Assembly (NCBI RefSeq): GCF_006345805.1
Contig: NC_042997.1
Span: forward strand, 42,532,001-42,596,000
Origin: Octopus sinensis
Lineage: Eukaryota
DNA: 64,000 bases
Direction of reading: 5' to 3'
In this document: positions 47,515-61,811 of the stretch, in pieces
Numbering within the stretch: the stretch's first letter is position 1
Layout of the letters: each line of letters starts with the position of its first letter
Translations under genes and position numbers: made by a program
Notes under the pieces: generated by a model
Seen by the model: only the letters and a program-made list of their open reading frames with translations
Told to the model about the DNA's origin: nothing
Database searches by the model: none

Positions 47515-50500
47515 TCCACCCTTGCACCTGTTCCACCCCTGCACCTGTTCCACCCCTGCACCTATGCCACACCTGCACCTATGCCACACCTGCACCTATG
47601 CCACACCTGCACCTATGCCACCCCTGCACCTATTCCACCCCTGCCACTCCTGCACCTGTTCCACCCCTGCACCTGTTCCACCCCTGCACCTGTTCCACCC
47701 CTGCACCTATGCCACACCTGCACCTATGCCACCCCTGCACCTATTCCACCCCTGCACCTATGCCACTCCTGCACCTATGCCACACCTGCACCTATGCCAC
47801 CCCTGCACCTATGCCACCCCTGCACCTATGCCACCTCTGCACCTATGCCACTCCTACACCTATGCCACCCCTGCACCTATGCCACCCCATGCACCTATGC
47901 CACCCCTGCACCTCTGCCACACCTGCACCTATGCCACCCCTGCACCTGCACCTCTGCCACACCTGCACCTATGCCACCCCTGCACCTATGCCACCCCTGT
48001 ACCTATGCCACTCCTGCACCTATGCCACTCCTGCACCTACTCCACACCTGCACCTATGCCACCCCTGCCACACCTGCACCTATGCCACCCCTGCACCTAT
48101 GCCACCCCTGCACCTCTGCCACACCTGCACCTATGCCACCCCTGCACCTCTGCCACACCTGCACCTATGCCACCCCTGCACCTATGCCACCCCTGCACCT
48201 CTGCCACACCTGCACCTATGCCACCCCTGCACCTATGCCACTCCTGCACCTATGCCACCCCTGCACCTCTGCCACACCTGCACCTATGCCACCCCTGCAC
48301 CTATGCCACCCCTGCACCTCTGCCACACCTGCACCTATGCCACCCCTGCACCTCTGCCACACCTGCACCTCTGCCACACCTGCACCTATGCCACCCCTGC
48401 ACCTCTGCCACACCTGCACCTATGCCACCCCTGCACCTATGCCACACCTGCACCTATGCCACACCTGCACCTCTGCCACACCTGCACCTCTGCCACACCT
48501 GCACCTATGCCACCCCTGCACCTATGCCACACCTGCACTATGCCACACCTGCACCTATGCCACCCCTGCACCTCTGCCACACCTGCACCTCTGCCACACC
48601 TGCACCTATGCCACCCCTGCACCTCTGCCACCCCTGCACCTATGCCACACCTGCACCTATGCCACCCCTGCACCTATGCCACACCTGCACCTATGCCACC
48701 CCTGCCACACCTGCACCTATGCCACCCCATGCACCTATGCCACCCCTGCACCTCTGCCACACCTGCACCTATGCCACCTATGCCACCCCTGCCACACCTG
48801 CACCTACTCCACCTGCACCTATGCCACCCCTGCACTATGCACCTATGCCACCCCTGCACCTCTGACCTCTGCCACACCTGCACCTATGCCACCCCTGCAC
48901 CTATGCCAACCCTGCACCTATGCCCTCCTATGCACCTATGCCACACCTGCACCTATGCCACCCCTGCACCTATGCCACACCTGCACCTATGCCACTCCTG
49001 CACCTATGCCACTCCTGCACCTACTGCCACCCCTGCACCTATGCACCCCCCTGCCACACCTGCACCTATGCCACCCCTGCACCTATGCCACACCTGCACC
49101 TCTGCCACACTATGCCACCTATGCCACCCCTGCACCTATGCCACACCTGCACCTATGCCACACCTGCACCTATGCCACCCCTGCCACCTATGCCACACCT
49201 GCACCTATGCCCCCCTGCACCATGCCACCACCTGCACCTATGCCACCCCTGCACCTATGCCACACCTGCACCTATGCCACCCCTGCACCTATGCCACCCC
49301 TGCACCTATGCCACACCTGCACCTATGCCACTCCTGCACCTATGCCACCCCTGCACCTATGCCACCCCTGCACCTATGCCACCCCTGCACCTATGCCACC
49401 TCTGCACCTATGCCACTCCTACACCTATGCCACCCCTGCACCTATGCCACCCCATGCACCTATGCCACCCCTGCACCTCTGCCACACCTGCACCTATGCC
49501 ACCCCTGCACCTCTGCCACACCTGCACCTATGCCACCCCTGCACCTATGCCACCCCCTGTACCTATGCCACTCCTGCACCTATGCCACTCCTGCACCTAC
49601 TCCACACCTGCACCTATGCCCCCCTGCCACACCTGCACCTATGCCACCCCTGCACCTATGCCACCCCTGCACCTCTGCCACACCTGCACCTATGCCACCC
49701 TGCACCTCTGCCACACCTGCACCTATGCCACCCCTGCACCTATGCCACCCCTGCACCTCTGCCACACCTGCACCTATGCCACCCCTGCACCTATGCCACT
49801 CCTGCACCTATGCCACCTGCCACCTCTGCCACACCTGCACCTATGCCACCCCTGCACCTATGCCACCCTGCCCACCTCTGCCACACACCTGCACCTATGC
49901 CACCCCTGCACCCTGCCACACCTGCACCTCTGCCACACCTGCACCTATGCCACCCCTGCACCTCTGCCACACCTGCACCTATGCCACCCCTGCACCTATG
50001 CACACCTGCACCTATGCCACACCTGCACCTCTGCCACACCTGCACCTCTGCCACACCTGCACCTATGCCACCCCTGCACCTATGCCACACCTGCACTATG
50101 CCACACCTGCACCTATGCCACCCCTGCACCTCTGCCACACCTGCACCTCTGCCACACCTGCACCTATGCCACCCCTGCACCTCTGCCACACCTGCACCTC
50201 TGCCACACCTGCACCTATGCCACCCCTGCACCTATGCCACACCTGCACCTATGCCACCCCTGCCACACACCTGCACCTATGCCACCCCATGCACCTATGC
50301 CACCCCTGCACCTCTGCCACACCTACCTATGCCACCTATGCCACCCCTGCCACACCTGCACCTACTCCACACCTGCACCTATGCCACCCCTGCCACACCT
50401 GCACCTATGCCACCCCTGCACCTCTGCCACACCTGCACCTATGCCACCTATGCCACCCCTGCCACTCCTGCACCTATGCCACTCCTGCACCTACGCCACA

Positions 50501-53500
50501 CCTGCACCTATGCCACCCCTGCACCTATGCCACACCTGTACCTATGCCACTCCTGCACCTATGCCACTCCAGCACCTACTCCACACCTGCACCTATGCCA
50601 CCCCTGCCACACCTGCACCTATGCCACCCCTGCACCTATGCCACACCTGCACCTCTGCCACACCTGCACCTATGCCACCCCTGCACCTCTGCCACACCTG
50701 CACCTATGCCACCCCTGCACCTATGCCACCCCTGCACCTCTGCCACACCTGCACCTATGCCACCCCTGCACCTCTGCCACACCTGCACCTATGCCACCCC
50801 TGCACCTATGCCACACCTGCACCTCTGCCACACCTGCACCTATGCCACCCCTGCACCTCTGCCACACCTGCACCTATGCCACCCCTGCACCTCTGCCACA
50901 CCTGCACCTATGCCACCCCTGCACCTATGCCACACCTGCACCTATGCCACACCTGCACCTATGCCACCCCTGCACCTATGCCACACCTGCACCTATGCCA
51001 CCCCTGCACCTCTGCCACACCTGCACCTATGCCACCCCTGCACCTCTGCCACACCTGCACCTCTGCCACACCTGCACCTATGCCACCCCTGCACCTATGC
51101 CACACCTGCACCTATGCCACCCCTGCACCTATGCCACCCCTGCACCTATGCCACCCCTGCACCTATGCCACTCCTGCACCTATGCCACTCCTGCACCTAT
51201 GCCACCCCTGCACCTCTGCCACACCTGCACCTCTGCCACTCCTGCACCTATGCCACCCCTGCACCTCTGCCACACCTGCACCTCTGCCACACCTGCACCT
51301 CTGCCACTCCTGCACCTATGCCACCCCTGCACCTATGCCACCCCTGCACCTATGCCACCCCTGCACCTCTGCCACACCTGCACCTATGTCACTCCTGCAC
51401 CTCTGCCACACCTGCACCTATGCCACCCCTGCACCTCTGCCACACCTGCACCTATGCCACCCCTGCACCTCTGCCACACCTGCACCTCTGCCACACCTGC
51501 ACCTATGCCACCCCTGCACCTCTGCCACACCTGCACCTATGCCACCCCTGCACCTCTGCCACACCTGCACCTCTGCCACACCTGCACCTATGCCACCCCT
51601 GCACCTCTGCCACCCCTGCACCTATGCCACCCCTGCACCTATGCCACCCCTGCACCTATGCCACCCCTGCACCTATGACACTCCTGCACCTCTGCCACTC
51701 CTGCACCTATGCCACCCCTGCACCTCTGCCACACCTGCACCTCTGCCACTCCTGCACCTATGCCACCCCTGCACCTCTGCCACACCTGCACCTCTGCCAC
51801 ACCTGCACCTCTGCCACTCCTGCACCTATGCCACCCCTGCACCTATGCCACCCCTGCACCTCTGCCACACCTGCACCTCTGCCACTCCTGCACCTATGCC
51901 ACCCCTGCACCTCTGCCACACCTGCACCTCTGCCACACCTGCACCTATGCCACCCCTGCACCTATGCCACCCCTGCACCTATGCCACTCCTGCACCTATG
52001 CCACTCCTGCACCTACTCCACACCTGCACCTATGCCACCCCTGCACCTATGCCACCCCTGCACCCCTGCACCTATGCCACCCCTGCACCTATGCCACCCC
52101 TGCACCTATGCCACCCCTGCACCTATGCCACACCTGCACCTCTGCCACACCTGCACCTATGCCACCCCTGCACCTATGCCACTCCTGCACCTACTCCACA
52201 CCTGCACCTATGCCACCTATGCCACCCCTGCCACACCTGCACCTATGCCACACCTGCACCTATGCCACCCCATGCACCTATGCCACCCCTTCACCTCTGC
52301 CACACCTGCACCTACTCCCAACGCACCTATGCCACCCCTGCCACACCTGCACCTATGCCACACCTGCACCTATGCCACCCCTGCCACACCTGCACCTATG
52401 CCACACCTGCACCTATGCCACCCCTGCACCTCTGCCACACCTGCACCTACTCCACACCTGCACCTATGCCACCCCTGCCACACCTGCACCTATGCCACAC
52501 CTGCACCTATGCCACACCTGCACCTATGCCACCCCTGCACCTATGCCACCCCTGCACCTATGCCACCCCTGCACCTATGCCACCCCTGCACCTCTGCCAC
52601 ACCTGCACCTATGCCACTCCTGCACCTACTCCACACCTGCACCTATGCCACCCCTTCCACACCTGCACCTATGCCACCCCTGCACCTATGCCACCCCTGC
52701 CACACCTGCACCTATGCCACACCTGCACCTATGACACTCCTGCACCTCTGCCACACCTGCACCTATGCCACCTATGCCACCCCTGCCACACCTGCACCTA
52801 TGCCACACCTGCACCTATGCCACCCCATGCACCTATGCCACTCCTGCACCTATGCCACTCCTGCACCTACTCCACACCTGCACCTATGCCACTCCTGCAC
52901 CTACGCCACACCTGCACCTATGCCACCCCTGCACCTCTGCCACACCTGCACCTACTCCACACCTGCACCTATGCCACCCCTGCCACACCTGCACCTATGC
53001 CACACCTGCACCTATGCCACCCCATGCACCTATGCCACTCCTGCACCTATGCCACTCCTGCACCTACTCCACCCCTGCCACACCTGCACCTATGCCACCC
53101 CATGCACCTATGCCACCCCTGCCACACCTGCACCTATGCCACACCTGCACCTATGCCACCCCTCCCACACCTGCACCTATGCCACACCTGCACCTATGCC
53201 ACCCCATGCACCTATGCCACCCCTGCCACACCTGCACCTATGCCACCCCTGCCACACCTGCACCTATGCCACACCTGCACCTATGCCACCCCTGTCACAC
53301 CTACACCTATGCCACCCCTGCACCTATGCCACCCCTGCACCTCTGCCACACCTGCACCTATGCCACTCCTGCACCTACTCCACACCTGCACCTATGCCAC
53401 CCCTGCCACACCTGCACCTATGCCACACCTGCACCTATGCCACCCCATGCACCTATGCCACTCCTGCACCTATGCCACCCCATGCACCTATGCCACCCCT

Positions 53501-56123
53501 GCACCTCTGCCACACCTGCACCTATGCCACCTATGCCACCCCTGTCACACCTGCACCTATGCCACACCTGCACCTATGCCACCCCATGCACCTATGCCAC
53601 CCCTGCACCTCTGCCACACCTGCACCTATGCCACCCCTGCCACACCTGCACCTATGCCACACCTGCACCTATGCCACCCCATGCACCTATGCCACTCCTG
53701 CACCTATGCCACTCCTGCACCTACTCCACACCTGCACCTATGCCACCCCTGCACCTATGCCACCCCATGCACCTATGCCACCCCTGCACCTATGCCACAC
53801 CTGCACCTATGCCACCCCATGCACCTATGCCACCCCATGCACCTATGCCACCCCTGCACCTCTGCCATACCTGCACCTATGCCACCTATGCCACCCCTGC
53901 CACTCCTGCACCTATGCCACTCCTGCACCTACGCCACACCTGCACCTATGCCACCCCTGCACCTATGCCACACCTGCACCTATGCCACCCCTGCACCTAT
54001 GCCACCCCTACACCTATGCCACACCTGCACCTATGCCACCCCTGCACCTATGCCACACCTGCACCTATGCCACCCCTGCCACTCCTGCACCTACGCCACA
54101 CCTGCACCTATGCCACCCCTGCACCTATGCCACTCCTGCACCTACGCCACACCTGCACCTATGCCACCCCTGCACCTATGCCACACCTGCACCTATGCCA
54201 CACCTGCACCTATGCCACCCCTGCACCTACGCCACACCTGCACCTATGCCACCCCTGCATCTATGCCACCTATGCCACCCCTGCCACTCCTGCACCTATG
54301 CCACTCCTGCACCTATGCCACACCTGCACCTATGCCACACCTGCACCTATGCCACCCCTGCACCTATGCCACCCCTGCACCTATCCCACACCTGCACCTA
54401 TGCCACCCCTGCACCTACGCCACACCTGCACCTATGCCACCCCTACACCTATGCCACACCTGCACCTATGCCACCCCTGCACCTCTGCCACACCTGCACC
54501 TATGCCACCCCTGCCACTCCTGCACCTATGCCACTCCTGCACCTATGCCACCCCTGCACCTATGCCACACCTGCACCTATGCCACCCCTGCACCTCTGCC
54601 ACACTGCACCTATGCCACCCCTGCACCTATGCCACCCCTGCACCTATGCCACCCCTACACCTATGCCACACACCTGCACCTATGCCACCCCTGCACCTCT
54701 GCCACACCTGCACCTATGCCACCTATGCCACCCCTGCCACTCCTGCACCTATGCCACCCCTGCACCTATGCCACCTATGCCACCCCTGTCACACCTACAC
54801 CTATGCCACCCCACCCCTGCACCTATGCCACACCTGCACCTATGCCACCCCTGCACCTATGCCACCCCTGCACCTATGCCACACCTGCACCTATGCCACC
54901 CCTGCACCTATGCCACCCCTGCACCTATGCCACCCCTGCACCTATGCCACCCCTGCACCTATGCCACCCCTGCACCTATGCCACCCCTGCACCTATGCCA
55001 CCCCTGCACCTATGCCACCCCTGCACATGCCACACCTGCACCTATGCCACCCTGCACCTATGCCACTCCTGCACCACCTATGCCACCCCTGCACCTATGC
55101 CACCCCTGCACCTATGCCACCCCTGCCACTCCTGCACCCCTGCCACTCCTGCACCTCTGCCACACCTGCACCTATGCCACCCCATGCACCTATGCCACCC
55201 CTGCACCTCTGCCACACCTGCACCTCTGCCACACCTGCACCTATGCCACCCCTGCACCTCTGCCACCCCATGCACCTATGCCACTCCTGCCACACCTGCA
55301 CCTATGCCACTCCTGCACCACCTATGCCACTCTCTGCACCTCTGCCACCCCATGCACCTATGCCACTCCTGCACCTATGCCACACCTGCACCTCTGCCAC
55401 CCCTGCACTATGCCACTCCTGCACCTATGCCACTCCTGCACCTATGCCACACCTGCACCTCTGCCACACCTGCACCTATGCCACCCCTGCACCTATGCCA
55501 CTCCTGCACCTATGCCACACCTGCACCTCTGCCACCCCTGCCCCTATGCCACCCCTGCACCTATGCCACCCCTGCACCTATGCCACTCCTGCACCTCTGC
55601 CACACCTGCACCTATGCCACCCCATGCACCTATGCCACTCCTGCACCTCTGCCACCCCTGCCACACCTGCACCTATGCCACCCCTGCCACTCCTGCACCT
55701 ATGCCACACCTGCACCTCTGCCACACCTGCACCTCTGCCACCCCTGCACCTATGCCACCCCATGCACCTATGCCACCCCTGCACCTATGCCACACCTGCA
55801 CCTCTGCCACACCTGCACCTATACCACCCCATGCACCTATGCCACCCCTGCACCTATGCCACCCCTGCACCTCTGCCACCCCTGCACCTATTCCACCCCT
55901 GTCACACCTGCGCCACCCCTGCACCTATGCCACACCTACACCTATGCCACCCCTGCACCTATGCCACACCCACACCTATGCCACCCCTGCACCTATGCCA
56001 CCCCTGCACCTATGCCACCCCTGCACCTATGCCACCCCTACACCTATGCCACACCTGCACCTATGCCACCCCTGCACCTATGCCACCCCTGCACCTCTGC
56101 ACCTATTCCACCCCTGTACCTAT
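47498..56123. repeat. 8.6-kb tandem array of a 17-bp unit (GCCACCCCTGCACCTAT and variants), about 500 units
   Basis: Unit variants CCCC/CACC/CTCC and CTAT/CTCT/CTAC. The 17-aa period in all three plus frames confirms a 17-nt period. Confidence 0.98.
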
Positions 56124-56598
56124 GAAGAAATTACTTCTCTTTGACATTGATGAAGACTCCCTAACTCAATATCTCACTTGTTTGGGGCTGAGGACAGAAA
56201 CGTCGTTTCTCAGTGAAGAGGTCAGGGCTATTACTGGATTAACTGGCTATTCATATAAACTGGACACGTTTTTATTAACCTCTGAAACCAACAAAATTCA
56301 ATGGCTATGATGATAACCAATGTAGTTTTTCCCTATAACTTCAGAATAAAGCAACATATTAGCAATCAGTACAGCATTGACTAAAATGTATTGCATTATT
56401 TGTGCCAGCCAAGATAATTAGCTGGCAGGATTGTTAATATTGCTTAGAGGCATTTCTTCAAGCTTTATGGTCTGAGTTCAAATTCCACATCATTTTGGGG
56501 TTAATGAAATATAGTACGAGTTGGGCTCATGGGATGATGTGATCAACTACACTTTCCCACTGAAAAAAAAATCTCAGTCCTTAAGCCTACAGTAGAAA

Positions 56599-56922
56599 TC
56601 ATCATCATCATCATCGTTTAACGTCCGTTTTCCGCGCTAGCATGGGTTGGACGGTTCGACCAGGGTCTGGGAAGCCAGAAGGCTGCACCAGGCTCCAGTC
56701 TGATCTGGCAGTGTTTCCACAGCTGGATGCCCTTCCTAATGCCAACCACTCCGTGAGTGTAGTGGGTGCTTTTTACGTGCCACCGGCACAGGTGCCTGGG
56801 GGGTCTGGCATTGGCCACGATCGGTCGGTGCTTTTAACGTGCCACCAGCACGGAAGCCAGCCAAGGCAGCGCTGGCATTGGCCACATTCGGATGGTGCTT
56901 TTTATGTGCCACCGGCACAGGT
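56599..56922 (-). mobile_element. RTE 3'-UTR fragment (3 units)
   Basis: (CAT)n then gtttaacgtccg...ggtgctttttacgtgccacc-type motif three times. Confidence 0.9.
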
Positions 56923-58091
56923 AAAGAAGAAAATCATTTGTTCCGACTCTTTGATCTGAGTTGAAAGGGGATCAATAAACAAGTACCAGTCCAGAGCAGT
57001 GGACTGGCAAAATTGTCAGAGCATTAGACAGAGATGCTTTTGTGGTACTTGTTCCAGCTCTTTATGTTCTGTGTTCAAATTCTGTTGATGGCCTGGGTTA
57101 ATCATCTGACTATGGGACAACAGATGGTTACAAACTTATGAAAGCTGCAGTAAGTGCAGGACGAGTGTGGCCATCTACTACTGAAGTTGAATGACAATGA
57201 TGACGAATGAATGAATGTATTCTCCCCATCTATTATTAACCCTACACCAGCAAATCGAATTAAACATTAATCAGTTATCCATTTATCTCAATTCCCCATT
57301 GTAGACTGGCCTTGAATATTTCTCAAAATAGCCAATATTAAATAGCATGTCAGGATGTGCACAGTCTAATCCGAATATCTCTGAGAGCTGTTTTCACAAT
57401 TTCCATTGCTACACATTGTCCTTTCATTTACAAGAGACAACCACATTTATCAGACTATAATAATCTGTTCTTTTCTATTCTATCCTATCCTTTAGCAGAG
57501 GATTTGGCGTTGACACTAGAAACTAGCAAATTACTTGTCAGTCTCCATTTAATGTATTGTCCTACTTCAGAATGATCTGCTCTGTTTTTACATGCTCTAC
57601 CGAACTCTTTAGGTAGAAAGGGACATCAACACCTTATGTATCTAGTCTCTGTAACTCCCCTGGCTCCATGAGAGTCTTCACGTAATCACTTAAACTACCA
57701 GAAATAGCAGTTAAATCTGCCTCATATCATACCCTCTCATTTTATAAAAAGTTGTAAGCAATGGATAAGGCAATCCTAGATATTACAGTGAAGAAAAAAA
57801 AAAGAAAAAGAAATGAAGACAGGATGTGAATAAAAGCTATGCAATTCTAAATTTTAAGGTCAAAGTTCAAATGTCACCAGGTCAAACTTGCTTCTTAATC
57901 TGTATGGGCAATGATTAAAAATGTACAAGTAATCATTTTTCTAGGAAATCCTTATCAAAAAGTATTAAGATTGCTATTGTGTTTGGATTCTCAGTTGACA
58001 AATGTTCAATTGCTCTTTTCCTAAAATATATCATGAATCAGTTCTTCTTATATTTACTCTTTATCCACTCCACACAAAATATCCTATTCAT

Positions 58092-58465
58092 TCATCATCA
58101 TCATCATCATCGTTTAACGTCCGTTCTCCATGCTAGCATGGGTTGGACGGTTCGACCGGGGATCTGGGAAGCCAGAAGGCTGCACCAGGCTCCAGTCTTA
58201 TCTGGCAATGTTTCTACAGCTGGATGCCCTTCCTAACGCCAACCACTCCGTGAGTGTAGTGGGTGCTTTTTATGTGCCACCCGCATAGGTGCCAGGCGAG
58301 GCTGGCAACGGCCACAGTCGGATTGGTGCACTTTACGTGCCACCGGCACAGAAGCCAGTCGAGGCGGCACTGGCATCGGCCACGATTCGGATAGTGCTTT
58401 TTACGTACAACCAGTCCAGGGGTCCTGGCATCTGCCGGGTGCCAGTCATAGGATTGGTTCAATGT
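58092..58465 (-). mobile_element. RTE 3'-UTR fragment (3 units)
   Basis: Same terminus as 56599-56922. Confidence 0.9.
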
Positions 58466-59151
58466 TAAGAGGTGGTGCATGGTACCAGAATTTTCGGCTC
58501 GAGTCAAATATAACGGACTATTCCAAGTTGTTGTTAAAGCATTCACAGAAGTGGAGTCAAGACTGGTTAGTTTGTATTGGCCTTGAGTCATATTAGTTGT
58601 AATAATAAAATCAAACCAAATAGTAAAATGATTTCAAAATGTCAGTATTTAGTTTGACTTCATTATTACAACTATATATATTCTTTTATTCTTTTACTTG
58701 TTTCAGTCATTTCACCGTGGCCATGCTGGAGCATCGCCTTGAAGGGGTTTATCGAACAAATCCACCCTAGGAGTTCATTTTTTTGAAGCCTAGTACTTAT
58801 TCTATTGGTCTCTTTTGCTGAGCCACTAGGTTCGTGGACATAAACATTGGTTGTCAAGCAGTGATGAATGGACAAACACTGACACAGACATGTGCGCGCA
58901 CACACACACACACACAGATACATGCATACATACGTACATATATATATTCTGTGGCCATACTGGGGCACTGCCTTGAAAAATTTTAATCAAATGAATTGAG
59001 CCCAGTGCTTATTTTTTAAGCCTGGTAATTACTGTATTATCTGCTTTTGTTGAACTGTTAAGTTACAGGGATGTAAACACACCAACATTGGTTGTTGAGT
59101 GATGGAGTGGGTGGGGGACAAACAAACACAAAGACATACACACACACACAC

Positions 59152-59225
<74 letters not shown>

Positions 59226-59227
<2 letters not shown>

Positions 59228-59460
59228 CATCATCATCATTTAACATCCGTTTTCCGTGCTAGCATGGGTTGGACGGTTTTGACTGAGGGCTGGTGAACCA
59301 GATTGCTGCACCAGGCTCCAGTCTTGATCTGGCAGAGTTTCTACAGCTGGATACCCTTCCTAACGCCAACCACTCCGAGAGTATAGTGGGTGCTTTTTAC
59401 GTGCCACCTGCTCGGGGGCCAGTCAGGCGGTACTGGCAACGCCCTCGCTCGAATCTTTTA
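59226..59460 (-). mobile_element. RTE 3'-UTR fragment
   Basis: (CAT)n tail and ggatacccttcctaacgccaaccac...ggtgctttttacgtgccacc. Confidence 0.85.
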
Positions 59461-60345
59461 CACATATGACAAGCTTATTTCAGTTTCTGTCTACCAAATC
59501 CGCTCATAAGGCTTTGGTTGGTCCAAGGCCATAGTAGAAGGCACGTGCCTAAGGTGCCATGCAGTGAGACTGAACCCAGAACCACCTGATTGGGAAGCAA
59601 ACTTCTTATCACAGTCATGCATTTCTTTTCATTATCTTTTTTGCTGTGATGTACATTGTAACTGCTCAACTAACAGCTTCCCAGTCAAATGTTTTCTCTT
59701 AAGATATTTCATGGTATCTTTTGTTTAATACATCAATAATATGATTGTTAAAATTATATTTCTGATATGTATCAATATCCTGTTTGGAAGATACTGGCTG
59801 ATGGAGATCATTGATTGGCTGAATTTGAAAAGTAATAAATAAAATATCTCAAATGTTTTAAATTATATTCTAAATTCAAGCCTTCTTTTGGCTTTTTACT
59901 CAACTTTTCTTCCTAAATCAAAAAATGCTTTTAATTACAACAATCACTAGTTTCATCAGAGAGTTGCAAGTTTTTACTCCTTTCTTTAGCTTTATTCTTC
60001 TATGGTCTATATTGATAAAATAAGTACTATTAATGTACTGAGTTGATTCAATCAGCTACTTACCTTCCCGACACTATGCATCAAATCAATACGTTGTCTA
60101 GTGTATTAAAAAATCAAGGTAACTATGTACATAGGTATATAGATTCTGATACGTGTGTATTTGTACTTTTATGTGGATACAGAGATGGCTAAGTGGTTAA
60201 GAACTTTATTTTGTAATTATGACCCAAACTTTGTGAATGAAATTGGGTTGACGGAAACTGTGTGGAAGCCTGATACATGGACTGTATCTATAGTTCAAAA
60301 GGTCATCCTTGTCGTGTACAACCACACACATATATATATATATAT

Positions 60346-60642
60346 ACGAATCGTGGCTGAAGCCAGTGCTGCCTTGACTGGCTTCCGTGCAGGTGGCACG
60401 TAAAATGCACCAATCCGACCGTGGCCGATGCCAGCCTCGCCTGGCACCAGTGCAGGTGGCACGTAAAAAGCACCCACTACACTCACGGAGTGGTTGGCGT
60501 TAGGAAGGGCATCCAGCTGTAGAAACACTGCCAGATAAGACTGGAGCCTGGTGCAGCCTTCTGGCTTCCCAGATCCCCGGTCGAACCGTCCAACCCATGC
60601 TAGCATGGAGAACGGACGTTAAACGATGATGATGATGATGAT
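60346..60642 (+). mobile_element. RTE 3'-UTR fragment (2 units)
   Basis: ggtggcacgtaaaatgcacc and ggtggcacgtaaaaagcacc, followed by a (GAT)n tail. Confidence 0.9.
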
Positions 60643-61479
60643 ATGAAGGTTTTTTTTCAATCCCATAAAGCAAGTACATAAATGTTTTATGAACCAATCA
60701 CCTTTTTTAGTAAAATCAATAACAATGAAACAGACTTCTCTTCATGACTGTCTCCCCTGTTATATTTCTAAATCACATTGTTATGTCATGGCAGTTTCTA
60801 GAAATCTTGCAAGACACATTTCCGATCTCAACTGCTGGTTCATAGCAACATGTCAACAGTAAACGTTTTCTGTTTTGTCCCTTAAAACATATACATTACC
60901 TTTTGCTATCTGGAAATGGAGTTGGGGATGATGAGAGATTCTCTACCTGCTTTTGATAACTTGTGAAAATAGTATCTGTAGCATTCCAAAAACTGGGAGT
61001 TTTTCTACTGAATGAATGTCAAGTCACATCCTTCTGACATTGCATTGTTTGGACAGCACAATATAAAAAAAACCCCAACAAAGTCACTAAACACACGTTA
61101 GGTACCACAGTCACTGAAGATCTCTCTTAGCCATCTTACATCAATAACATCCCAAAGACTTTCCTTCCTCTTATGTGTTAGGAAATACTTCGGCTCTTGA
61201 TGGTGACTAACTTTTTATAAAGCTCAAATGAGACTTGGGCCAATCAAACGAGTGGCATGTTGCTTCCAAATGAGACTTGGAATGCTTAGTTGCTACACAC
61301 ACACAAACATCCTAGCTATATCACCCCAAAAGTACCTGGCTAATTGGAAAACACTCACTCACCTGTACACTCCAAACTCTAGCCTATATTCCTACCTTTC
61401 TCTCTCTTGTAATCTAGTCTCTGTATTTTCTCACAAGCCTCACTCTAACAACTAAACCTACTTCTCCTTCCGCATAATC

Positions 61480-61770
61480 TTGACACTCTGTTATTCCTTT
61501 CCTGTCCATATTTTTCTGTAGACATTGACTTGTAGTTGTTAAGCTACATCTAGCAAATGAAAAAGAAAGCCATCCAGCGAATTGCAAAAGACTCATTCAC
61601 TGATACACTCCAAACTCTTGTCCATCTTATTGTTTTTCTTCTTCTTGCAATCAATTCTCTGTCTTTCCTCCCAAACCCCTCACTAACAACATTATCTACT
61701 TTTCTCTCCTTAGAATGTCACCTTCCTGGAATTCCCTTCCGGCTGTTTTGCTGAATATCAACAACATCAA
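61480..61770 (+). mobile_element. Very degraded CR1-like LINE 3' ORF fragment
   Basis: QMKKKAIQRI..DSFTDTLQTLVH and SPSWNSLPA resemble CR1 C-terminal motifs (RIQRKAIRLI; WNSLP). Confidence 0.4.
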
Positions 61771-61811
61771 TCCGACTAGTCTTGGTGGATCTACAAAGAA
61801 CATGGACACAG

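Noticed and set aside
47498-56123. Telomeric or interstitial telomeric array
   Set aside because: The unit is 17 bp, contains no TTAGGG, and matches the SINE A head.
56178-56281. Minus-strand segment with good-looking splice sites (ttttgttggtttcag / gtgaga)
   Set aside because: All three frames contain stops. It could be a non-coding exon, but that cannot be supported without RNA data.
47468-56310. Giant ORFs (2890, 2401, 1365, 1181 aa) rich in His/Pro/Cys
   Set aside because: The 17-nt unit has no stop codon in any plus-strand frame, so all three frames give the same 17-aa repeat. Frequent non-triplet indels show no frame constraint. These ORFs are satellite artefacts.
56122-56310. MKKLLLFDIDED, resembling a HAD hydrolase motif I, just after the satellite
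   Set aside because: It is only 62 codons, the ATG is contributed by the last satellite unit, and no further HAD motifs follow.
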